Shown: piece by piece, positions 19,330 to 27,420 of the stretch
Layout of the letters: each line of letters starts with the position of its first letter
How positions within the stretch are numbered: the first letter of the stretch is position 1
Assembly: GCA_028335865.1 (NCBI GenBank)
Contig: JAOKTA010000002.1
Location: 927 to 64,926, forward strand
Source: Nitrosopumilus sp.
Lineage (GTDB): Archaea > Thermoproteota > Nitrososphaeria > Nitrososphaerales > Nitrosopumilaceae
Direction of reading: 5' to 3'
Length of the DNA: 64,000 nt
Notes under the pieces: model-generated
Seen by the model: only the letters and a program-made list of their open reading frames with translations
Databases searched by the model: none
Told to the model about the DNA's origin: nothing
Position numbers and translations under genes: made by a program

Positions 19330-20151
19330 CTAGCCATAAGATTCGAATTTGACTTCATAACTTCCATCCTCACGTTTATTTTTTTCACTTACAAAGTTTT
19401 TTGCTTTCAAATAATCCATAACTCCATCAATGGTTCCTTGCCATCCACAAACATAGAAAATTGTATTGTCTTTAGTAATTTTCTCACCAACTAATCCCTC
19501 AAGCGCAGATTTACCACTATCACCAGTTCTCAAAAATTGTTCAATTCTACCCTTATAGCCATGCCATGCACGATTAGTCCATTCTTCCGGTCTACTGATT
19601 GCTGCACGATATTTAAAATTCCATTTATCCTTACCTTTGTCAATACTCTCATTTTCTAAATCAGTCAAAAGTTGTTTGTAACTTAATTCATCTACATAAC
19701 TTGCACCGTGCAAAACAACAATCTCCCGTTTATCATTGGTATCGTGAAGATGCTGTGCAAAACTGACAAATGGTGCCAATCCGGTTCCGCCGCCAATGCA
19801 TACGATTCTTCTTGTATCTTTTTCGCCGTTTGGTAGTGTATCATTAATTGTAAGACTGCCTGCAGGTTTTGCCCAACTAATTTTGTCACCTTCTTTTGCA
19901 TTAAACAGTAAACTAGTCAATCTTCCCGGAAGTGGTTTTCTAACCCATCTAATTACAAATTCAAAAAATTTTTTATTTTCAGGGGATGATGAAATAGAAT
20001 ATGCACGATTAACAATTTTACTATCAAGAGGCAATCCAAGAGTCAAAAATTGACCTGCCTTAAAATCAGGAACTCCATCATCAGGAGTGACACGAAAAAT
20101 TCCTAAATCTTCTCTCAATAATTGAGTGTAAGTAATTGTACCATTTTCCAT
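19330..20151 (-). CDS. ferredoxin--NADP(+) reductase (FNR family)
   Basis: FKAGQF, RAYSISS, GGTGLAPF, YVCG, terminal ESYG. Confidence 0.93.
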   Translation of the reverse strand: MENGTITYTQLLREDLGIFRVTPDDGVPDFKAGQFLTLGLPLDSKIVNRAYSISSSPENKKFFEFVIRWVRKPLPGRLTSLLFNAKEGDKISWAKPAGSLTINDTLPNGEKDTRRIVCIGGGTGLAPFVSFAQHLHDTNDKREIVVLHGASYVDELSYKQLLTDLENESIDKGKDKWNFKYRAAISRPEEWTNRAWHGYKGRIEQFLRTGDSGKSALEGLVGEKITKDNTIFYVCGWQGTIDGVMDYLKAKNFVSEKNKREDGSYEVKFESYG

Positions 20152-20155
20152 GGTA

Positions 20156-20545
20156 TTATTTTGCCCAATCAGTTAAAACACAATTAACTTTTTGTATAAT
20201 TGGATCATAGTGGATTCTCGGTTCAGTACTTACTAGCAATAATTGTCCTTTAAATGGAATTGTAAATAATGTTACATTATCATATTCGGTAAGGGTTAGT
20301 CTTTCCTTACCTAACCGAAATGTAAAATTTTGTGCCTTACGCCATCGCTCTAATGTATAGTGAATTGACATTCCAATTTCATTTTCAGTTAAAAGAGAAT
20401 CAAGATCCTTTCTTTGTACACTGTGTAGTATTTTGGATTTATCATTTACAAATCCAGTAAAACGAATATTGTTATCAGAATTTAATATATCTGAACAAAG
20501 TTGTTCGTAATTTGGCTGTTGTATTATTTCTTCAGCCATTCCCAT
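20156..20545 (-). CDS. thaumarchaeal roadblock/profilin-like small protein
   Basis: IRFTGFVN..KI, LG......EY..V....P.....LLVS.E pattern; between amt and FNR. Confidence 0.65.
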   Translation of the reverse strand: MGMAEEIIQQPNYEQLCSDILNSDNNIRFTGFVNDKSKILHSVQRKDLDSLLTENEIGMSIHYTLERWRKAQNFTFRLGKERLTLTEYDNVTLFTIPFKGQLLLVSTEPRIHYDPIIQKVNCVLTDWAK

Positions 20546-20598
20546 TCAGGCCTCTCTTCATAATCTTTGTCATCAGTCATCCAACATCAAGAATTAAT

Positions 20599-21882
20599 TT
20601 AATCGTCTTTGTTAGACGGCTGCATGTAGTCATTTGGAGTAAACTTGAACTCCTCTTCATCAGAGTAAGCCTCCTCAGCATGCTCACTAATATCCAAACC
20701 AATGTCCTCCTCCTCAGGAGTGACACGGATTCCAATAAGATGTTTAATTAATTGTAAGAGAATCCAAGTTCCACCAAAGCCCATTACAGCGGCTACAGCA
20801 ATACCAACTCCTTGAATCCAAATTTGATCATAATTACCATATAACAATCCATCAACGCCAGAAGGATTAATCAAAGTACTTGCAAAGATACCAATTCCAA
20901 GTGCACCGACAATTCCGGCAATACCGTGTACAGAACTTACATCAAGTGCATCATCAATTTTTAATTTATCTCTAATTAGTACAACTCCACCATAAGAGAG
21001 TATACCGATTGCGATTGCAAGAACAAATGAGTGTTCTACACTAATGTATCCAGATGCAGGAGTAATTCCGGCAAGTCCGGCGATTGCACCATTAATGGTA
21101 GCAACAATTGATGGTTTACCAGTACGCATCCAAGATAATCCTGCCCAAATTAGAGCGGAAACTGAAGATGCTAAGTGAGTTACGATAACGGTATTTCCGG
21201 CTACACCACCTGAAGCAAGTGCACTACCGGCATTAAATCCAAACCAACCTAGCCACAATAATGATGAACCTAGTACAGCAAGAGGTATGCTGTGAGGAAT
21301 GTTTATGGCTGGACCAAAGCCACGTCTTTTTCCAAGTACAAGTGCAGCAGCTAGTGCAGCCATTCCAACAGTAGTGTGAATAACGATACCACCAGCAAAG
21401 TCAACAACACCTAGTTGTGCTAACCAGCCACCACCCCAGACCATGTGTACGATTGGATAGTAAATTAGCATAGTCCATGCAGATATGAATATGATAAAGG
21501 AACTAAATTTCATTCTTTCAGCAATTGTTCCAGTAAGTAATAGCGGAGTAATACATGCAAACATTAACTGGAACTTAACAAACAATACTCCAGGTATAGT
21601 AGGAGCATATTGTTCTAAAGGTGCATCCCAAGGAATACCTTTCAAAAATGCCCAATCAAGATTGCCTATCACACCAGTAGTAGAAGGGCCAAATGATAGA
21701 CTAAATCCGAAAACAAACCACATTACACTTAGTAAAGACATTCCGAAAAATATTTGCATAAAAATTGAAACTACATTTTTCTTTCTCAATAAACCAGATT
21801 CAAACAAACCAAGTGCAGGAATCATTAACAATACTAAACATCCAGCAATTAACATCCATGCTGTATCACCAGTATCTATCAT
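20599..21882 (-). CDS. amt: ammonium transporter Amt
   Basis: GDTAWM, FQLMFA, DFAGGIVIH, LWLGWFGFNAGS, DDALDV..VHG; likely start MIDTGD. Confidence 0.97.
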   Translation of the reverse strand: MIDTGDTAWMLIAGCLVLLMIPALGLFESGLLRKKNVVSIFMQIFFGMSLLSVMWFVFGFSLSFGPSTTGVIGNLDWAFLKGIPWDAPLEQYAPTIPGVLFVKFQLMFACITPLLLTGTIAERMKFSSFIIFISAWTMLIYYPIVHMVWGGGWLAQLGVVDFAGGIVIHTTVGMAALAAALVLGKRRGFGPAINIPHSIPLAVLGSSLLWLGWFGFNAGSALASGGVAGNTVIVTHLASSVSALIWAGLSWMRTGKPSIVATINGAIAGLAGITPASGYISVEHSFVLAIAIGILSYGGVVLIRDKLKIDDALDVSSVHGIAGIVGALGIGIFASTLINPSGVDGLLYGNYDQIWIQGVGIAVAAVMGFGGTWILLQLIKHLIGIRVTPEEEDIGLDISEHAEEAYSDEEEFKFTPNDYMQPSNKDD

Positions 21883-21934
21883 AATTATAATGAAATCAAG
21901 TTTTTGCATTTAACAGTTTTCCAGTTTGATTAAC

Positions 21935-21956
21935 AATGATTATCAAAAGATATGCA
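21935..21956. promoter_or_regulatory. degenerate copy of the 11-bp repeat (minus strand TGCATATCTTT TGATAATCATT) in the amt/glnB divergent promoter
   Basis: 18 of 22 positions match the 19272-19293 repeat. Confidence 0.5.
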
Positions 21957-21996
21957 ATTTCTAAATTATTATTTACTTTAACAAAATAAAACAACT

Positions 21997-22326
21997 ATGT
22001 TAAAACTTGAAGTTATACTCGCAGAAAATGACGTAATGAATATCAGTGAAGGATTAAAAGAAATCGGGGTTGGTGGATTAACAGTTATCAAAGCTAGAGG
22101 AAGAGGTGCAAAAACTGCAGCTGAAATCCACACATCAAAAGGAATGGAAATTTTTGTTCCTCATTTTGCAGATAAATTTAGAATAATGGTAGTGATTCCA
22201 GAATCAAAAGAAGAGAAATCAGTTGAAATAATTAAGAACAATTCTAGAGGCGGTAAAATTTTCATTTCACAAATTTTACGTGCAATTGACATTACTTCAG
22301 GAAATGAAGGCGAAGAGGTAATCTAG
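21997..22326 (+). CDS. glnB: nitrogen regulatory protein PII (GlnB/GlnK family)
   Basis: GLTV..ARGRG, GKIFIS; divergent from amt. Confidence 0.88.
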   Translation: MLKLEVILAENDVMNISEGLKEIGVGGLTVIKARGRGAKTAAEIHTSKGMEIFVPHFADKFRIMVVIPESKEEKSVEIIKNNSRGGKIFISQILRAIDITSGNEGEEVI

Positions 22327-22327
22327 A

Positions 22328-22450
22328 ATGAAAATATCATTTGAGAAAATCAGAACTACAAAATTAACTAAAAATGAAAAACTAAGAATCCCAATCATGT
22401 TAGCAATTATCGCAATTCCACCGCTAATTTTGGCTTATTGGTCAATGTGA
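22328..22450 (+). CDS. 40-aa single-TM microprotein
   Basis: MKISFEKIRTTKLTKNEKLRIPIMLAIIAIPPLILAYWSM; starts 1 nt after PII stop. Confidence 0.6.
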   Translation: MKISFEKIRTTKLTKNEKLRIPIMLAIIAIPPLILAYWSM

Positions 22451-22465
22451 TAGGAGTCAAATGAA

Positions 22466-22735
22466 ATGAGTTTATTATTAATTACAAAAAGAGGAACTGG
22501 AAAGAGATTAGTTGATGAAAAAATAAACTATAATTGGGCAGGAAATGAATTTAAAAATTTCCAAGAGGAGAGAAAAAATAAAGTCTTATTCAAAAGAGAA
22601 AAAACAATTGTTTCGTCCGTAAGAGGAACTCAAATAAAATATTTAGAAAAATCCAAAGAGATTACATCCAAACCAAAACAAGTTTACATTACCATTAATA
22701 GAGGAACAAAGAGAGTCCTAATAGACCTAAAATGA
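22466..22735 (+). CDS. basic hypothetical protein with three RGT motifs
   Basis: 89 aa ORF, AGGAG upstream. Confidence 0.65.
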   Translation: MSLLLITKRGTGKRLVDEKINYNWAGNEFKNFQEERKNKVLFKREKTIVSSVRGTQIKYLEKSKEITSKPKQVYITINRGTKRVLIDLK

Positions 22736-22851
22736 AAGCAGAAAAAATAATTCCCCAACTAAGCAAATCTAAAGTGTTTATTGTAAAATTAAGTTTTGCC
22801 GCAATAGGTATGACGTTAATTGGATTATACTTGTTTTCAGATTATATCTAA
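22732..22851 (+). CDS. 39-aa single-TM microprotein
   Basis: MKAEKIIPQLSKSKVFIVKLSFAAIGMTLIGLYLFSDYI; ATGA overlap with preceding ORF. Confidence 0.6.
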   Translation: MKAEKIIPQLSKSKVFIVKLSFAAIGMTLIGLYLFSDYI

Positions 22852-22867
22852 ATTAAATTAGTAGAAA

Positions 22868-23512
22868 CTAAACTAAATGTACCACTGTAGAAACACCACG
22901 TCTATCAAATTCGACATCATTTTCAACTTCACTAACAGTAACAGTAAATGAAATCACATCACGAGGCTTTCCATTTTCTGCGTGAAGTTTCAAATGGAGA
23001 TCTAACCCATCAGATTCTCCAGTTGGCAAATTATTTTCTTCCAAATATGCACCGCACGTAGATTCAATACGAAATCTGTCATCTTTGAAATGATAACCAA
23101 GTTTCATTTTTCTATTTTTTCTAGGATTCCCCTTAACAACAACATCAATAACCCCAGGTTTTGTTTCAGTGTATCCTGATTTTTGATTTACAAAAACTCC
23201 AATTTCAAGAGGCTTGCCAGCAGTAGATTCTGCCATTTTTTGAATTCCATCATTCATGATCACATCCACTGCTTTGATAGATTGCGCAACCTTTGCTAGC
23301 CATTCATTTGTTCTACTAATCGTGGCCTTGATTCCTGCACGTCTTCGTTTGTCTTCATCTTCAGGTAATTTGTAATAATCAACCCAAGCCTCATAGTCAT
23401 GAGAGATATCTTCGATAAAATCAATGCATGTACGCTTGTATTCATTAGGATCATCTGTTCTTTCTGACTCATCTCCAGTTCTCATCCCATCATAACCTTC
23501 AGGCATTGCCAT
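22868..23512 (-). CDS. hypothetical protein
   Basis: 214 aa ORF with protein-like composition, no family recognised. Confidence 0.8.
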   Translation of the reverse strand: MAMPEGYDGMRTGDESERTDDPNEYKRTCIDFIEDISHDYEAWVDYYKLPEDEDKRRRAGIKATISRTNEWLAKVAQSIKAVDVIMNDGIQKMAESTAGKPLEIGVFVNQKSGYTETKPGVIDVVVKGNPRKNRKMKLGYHFKDDRFRIESTCGAYLEENNLPTGESDGLDLHLKLHAENGKPRDVISFTVTVSEVENDVEFDRRGVSTVVHLV

Positions 23513-23724
23513 ACTCTAAATCCATTGTAGTTCTAAAAAAACCAATCTTGACTGAAATTAATGATTAGTCAACATTTTCCCATGAGAAATACCACAAATT
23601 ATCACGTGTTTCATGAAAATAATTATCTATTTTATTCAGTATTTTCAATTATGATTTTTTAGTAGTAGAAATTTTGTTTAAATTCTACTTGAAAGTATTG
23701 AAATAACCAAAAAGGAATAATTTT

Positions 23725-24339
23725 TTGATGGCGAATATATCATGTGTTCTATTTGATCTAGGAGGAGTAATTGTAAATTGGCACAATTCATGGTTGATAC
23801 AAGACGTATCCGATGAATTTCAATTACAAAAAGAAAAACTATCAAAAGAATATTACAAAAATCTTCCAAAAATTGCAACTGGAAAGATAAATGAAAAAGA
23901 ATTATGGCATGTTATCGGTAAAGAACTTGAATCAAAAAAATTAATGAATCTTAATGAATCACTCTTAGATAGAATATTTCAAAAACATTGCTCATTAAAT
24001 AATTCTATGATTAATCTTTCGAAAGAATTATCTCAAAAAGGCACAACTGTTGGAATTTTATCAAACACAGAGCCTGCTAGTTATTCTGTAATAGAAAAAT
24101 TAACATCTTTAGATCATTTTGAGTACAAATTCCTATCATACAACATAGGTCATCTAAAACCAAATCATGAGATATATCGTCATGTAATTGATAATGTACC
24201 GTTTCCAAAAGAAGAATTATTTTTTATAGATGATCTTAAAACAAATGTTGAATCTGCACGTGTTGAAGGAATAGATTCAGTACAATATACAGATCATAGT
24301 GAACTTTTGAAAGAATGTCAAATTAGAAATATAATATGA
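23725..24339 (+). CDS. HAD-family phosphatase
   Basis: FDLGGV, LSNT, KP, FIDD...NV. Confidence 0.9.
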   Translation: MMANISCVLFDLGGVIVNWHNSWLIQDVSDEFQLQKEKLSKEYYKNLPKIATGKINEKELWHVIGKELESKKLMNLNESLLDRIFQKHCSLNNSMINLSKELSQKGTTVGILSNTEPASYSVIEKLTSLDHFEYKFLSYNIGHLKPNHEIYRHVIDNVPFPKEELFFIDDLKTNVESARVEGIDSVQYTDHSELLKECQIRNII

Positions 24340-24476
24340 TAATTACTGACATTTTGAGAACATAGGTAAATGTCAAATTTTTGATAAATCATTCATCCCT
24401 TTCATGTCCGTGTAGGCAGCTAAATCTTCTTCTACTAATCACATAATTATAATAGGAATTTTTGAGATAGTGATTA

Positions 24477-24956
24477 ATGATATTTACAGAATTAATTACT
24501 GATCTTCAAAATGAATTAAAAAAAGAATTAGCACAAATCAGATTCCTTATTAAAAAAAATCCAGGACTAGGGTACAACAGAATAGTTGAAATTGGAAAAG
24601 AAGTTGGTAAAATGTACAATATCAAACTAATTGTAAATTTCCCAAAGGAAGGAAGAATAGAAGAATTTGAAATGTATGGGAAAAGGGATTTGAGTTTAAT
24701 TATAGATTATGAAAGAAAAAGATTTCCAATGGACAGAGAAATCATCAAACAAAAGGCAGTGGAAATGTTAGGTGATGTGAAAACAGAAGACGCATACATG
24801 TATGAAAATAAAGAAGGAGTAAGAATTTTTACAGATAATTGGAAAATAGACATCCTGCCTCATTCAGTTCACATATGGACGGAATTTGATGAAAAGGTTA
24901 CAGAATTTTGTAATTGGTTAATGGAAAACGCATACCAAATGAAGAAGAAAATTTAA
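24477..24956 (+). CDS. hypothetical protein
   Basis: 159 aa ORF. Confidence 0.75.
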   Translation: MIFTELITDLQNELKKELAQIRFLIKKNPGLGYNRIVEIGKEVGKMYNIKLIVNFPKEGRIEEFEMYGKRDLSLIIDYERKRFPMDREIIKQKAVEMLGDVKTEDAYMYENKEGVRIFTDNWKIDILPHSVHIWTEFDEKVTEFCNWLMENAYQMKKKI

Positions 24957-24958
24957 TT

Positions 24959-25318
24959 CTAAATATTTTCTAATTGTTCAAGTAAAGATTCAGCTTCAGA
25001 ATTTTTAGGTTCTAATTTTATAATTCGCTTACAACAATCGATGGCCTCATCTTTTTGCTGTAATGATAAATGAACATTGGTTTTCAAAGTAAGCATCTCA
25101 ACATCTTCGGAATTTAGTTGAAAAGATTTTTCAAAATAAGGTAATGCATTTTTTGCATCATCTACAATAAAATAGATACTTCCCATAATGAACATAAAAT
25201 CAGAATCATCAGAGTATTCAGATTCTAAATTTTTTCCAAATACAATGGCATCAGTATACTCCCCATCTCTTAGTAATTTCTTTAAACGACGTTTTGGTTG
25301 TTTGAAAAGACCGACCAT
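24959..25318 (-). CDS. TPR-repeat protein
   Basis: GSIY....A...FEKS..L, EAIDC...IKLEPKN.EA. Confidence 0.85.
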   Translation of the reverse strand: MVGLFKQPKRRLKKLLRDGEYTDAIVFGKNLESEYSDDSDFMFIMGSIYFIVDDAKNALPYFEKSFQLNSEDVEMLTLKTNVHLSLQQKDEAIDCCKRIIKLEPKNSEAESLLEQLENI

Positions 25319-25380
25319 TTGTTATCAAAATATTAATCAAAAATCAACAATTTGAATGTAGAACATTAAGAATTTAGGCT

Positions 25381-26895
25381 CTAGTTATACCAGGCTGGAG
25401 GTTCAGCACCAGAAGAAGTGTTACTCTGATAAGGTTGTGGGACTTTCATAATACCTTCTTTAATCAAGAATTGAAGTCCTTTGATGAATGAACCGTCATC
25501 AATATCTCCATTTGCCCACCATCCGGCGTTATTTTTAATCCAAGGCGGGATATCATTAGAACTTCCACCAGTTCCTTGTGTAGTTTTTGGAATTTTCATT
25601 ATTTTTTCTTTAATTAAGAATTGAATTCCTTGAACAAATGATGTATCATCTATAGTACCATCAGCCCACCATCCGGCGTTATTTTTAATCCAGGACGGAA
25701 TTTTTGCAACAGGTATACTTCCATCTGAAGCATAAATTGGAACTTCTATTGTAAGAAGATCAGAAGTTACAGAAGGAGCAATTCCTTTAGGAGATAATCC
25801 ATAAATTATGATTGTATAATTTGCAGTTCCAGGATCCTCCTTAACAACAAAATCAACTAGAGCTTGACCAGAAGGAGAATAGAGGTGTGATTCACCATTT
25901 TCATTTGCAATAGATCTTTTTACTTTACCATCACTATCTAAAACTAAAATATCATATTGTACTTGATTTAAAAATTCAGTTTCGTCACTAAATTTTAAGA
26001 AATTAACAAGCCATTGCATGTCACAACCAACAACTGGATCTTCAGGTCCATAGAAAACATGAATTTGGTATTTGAAATCATCGCTAGATCTTTTATGAAT
26101 TACATTCCTTTCGATATCAGTATTACATCCAGCAGCAGCTAATTCATCTACAGTAGATACAATTCCAACAAATGGAGAGTCTGATCTATTTTCATACTTT
26201 AATAATTTAAAATCATACTCTGGCGGAGGAATACCTTCAGCAACATGAGTGTAAGTTTTAGCTTTTATTGGAAACGGGAAATCATCTGCAATCCAAACTT
26301 TACTTACAGCCCCACCTGTTTTCCAAGACATTATCACAGTCTCCCAAGTTCCTGCAGGGACTGTAATAGTTTCAATAGCTAATGGAACAACTTGTTGACC
26401 ACCAATGTTTCCAATTTTACCCCAAGATACTTCGCTGAATGCTTTAGGACCTTTTCCTCCAGAACTTCCATCAGATGTTGCAAAAGCAGATAGCCAAGCA
26501 ATAGATGACTTGAACGCACCACGGTAAATACCTAATTCGGGAGTACCGCCAGTAGGTTCTGGAGCAATTTTACCTAACTCCATTTCACCTACAATTATTT
26601 TATTGCCATCATAAACAACAACTTCGGATAACCACTTGGTTTCACTGCCAACTATTTTATCACCTTTAATCCAAAAATCCATTTGAAAATTTGTACATTC
26701 TTTGTAATCAACAAAACATGTTGAATAAGAAAAGAAATCACCTTTTTGTAGTCCCTCACCAGCATACCACGTAGTTCCTTGTGGGAGCGTATCAGAACTT
26801 ACACCACCAGCTTCAATCTGCCCATATGCAGACGAAGTGACAGTTATGCCTAAAAATAATACAAGAATAATGGGAATTGATAAAATTGCTTTCAA
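25381..26895 (-). CDS. secreted/cell-surface protein with two C-terminal IPxWIKNNAGWW repeats
   Basis: N-terminal signal peptide; repeated 50-aa C-terminal module. Confidence 0.85.
   Translation of the reverse strand: MKAILSIPIILVLFLGITVTSSAYGQIEAGGVSSDTLPQGTTWYAGEGLQKGDFFSYSTCFVDYKECTNFQMDFWIKGDKIVGSETKWLSEVVVYDGNKIIVGEMELGKIAPEPTGGTPELGIYRGAFKSSIAWLSAFATSDGSSGGKGPKAFSEVSWGKIGNIGGQQVVPLAIETITVPAGTWETVIMSWKTGGAVSKVWIADDFPFPIKAKTYTHVAEGIPPPEYDFKLLKYENRSDSPFVGIVSTVDELAAAGCNTDIERNVIHKRSSDDFKYQIHVFYGPEDPVVGCDMQWLVNFLKFSDETEFLNQVQYDILVLDSDGKVKRSIANENGESHLYSPSGQALVDFVVKEDPGTANYTIIIYGLSPKGIAPSVTSDLLTIEVPIYASDGSIPVAKIPSWIKNNAGWWADGTIDDTSFVQGIQFLIKEKIMKIPKTTQGTGGSSNDIPPWIKNNAGWWANGDIDDGSFIKGLQFLIKEGIMKVPQPYQSNTSSGAEPPAWYN
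25514..25692. repeat. identical 29-bp direct repeat (25514-25542, 25664-25692) encoding WIKNNAGWW
   Basis: gcccaccatccggcgttatttttaatcca twice, 150 bp apart. Confidence 0.85.
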
Positions 26896-27018
26896 ATCTA
26901 AAAAAAATTGGCGAAAGCGATAGTTAAAGGTTATTCAAATAATGAAATAATGTTAAAAAAATACATCAAAATCTAACTCAAATACGCAAATATAGAGGAA
27001 TATTTTAAAAAAAGTATA

Positions 27019-27186
27019 ATGTGCGAATGTTCAAAAACTCACTTGTTTGAAATTGAATTCAAATTAGATGGAATGACAGTTGTTCCTACTCATAAAAATT
27101 GCGGATTCCCATTAGATGAAAAACAAGCAGACAAGTTCCAAAAAGAATTAGTAAAATCTTGGGGCTTTGAGCAAGAAGATAATTAA
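27019..27186 (+). CDS. 55-aa microprotein with CxC and HxxC motifs
   Basis: MCECSKTHLFEIEFKLDGMTVVPTHKNCGFPLDEKQADKFQKELVKSWGFEQEDN. Confidence 0.65.
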   Translation: MCECSKTHLFEIEFKLDGMTVVPTHKNCGFPLDEKQADKFQKELVKSWGFEQEDN

Positions 27187-27223
27187 AAATAAAAAATAAA
27201 AAATTAGATTGTAATAAGCACTT

Positions 27224-27370
27224 TTAATTCATTTGTGAAACGGCTTCTTTACAAACTTCAGTTGTACATTTGCAATCTGCGCTGCATATGCAAGCTCCTT
27301 GCATTGCACAGTCGCATGAGTATTCTGGGTCGCCGCTATCAGCTTCGCAACCACATGCTTGATCTACCAT
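27224..27370 (-). CDS. 48-aa metallothionein-like Cys-rich protein
   Basis: MVDQACGCEADSGDPEYSCDCAMQGACICSADCKCTTEVCKEAVSQMN; 9 Cys, four CxC; TTTTAAAA box 23-30 nt upstream. Confidence 0.75.
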   Translation of the reverse strand: MVDQACGCEADSGDPEYSCDCAMQGACICSADCKCTTEVCKEAVSQMN

Positions 27371-27420
27371 GATAACCCAATGATATTACTTGTTTTAAAA
27401 GGTTAGTACATGATATTGAA

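Noticed and set aside
24340-24476. Short minus-strand reading frames between the HAD gene and the 159-aa ORF
   Set aside because: Under 25 codons with no convincing start or motif
26896-27018. Possible ncRNA in the AT-rich intergenic gap
   Set aside because: No boxes or stable stems; consistent with two divergent promoters
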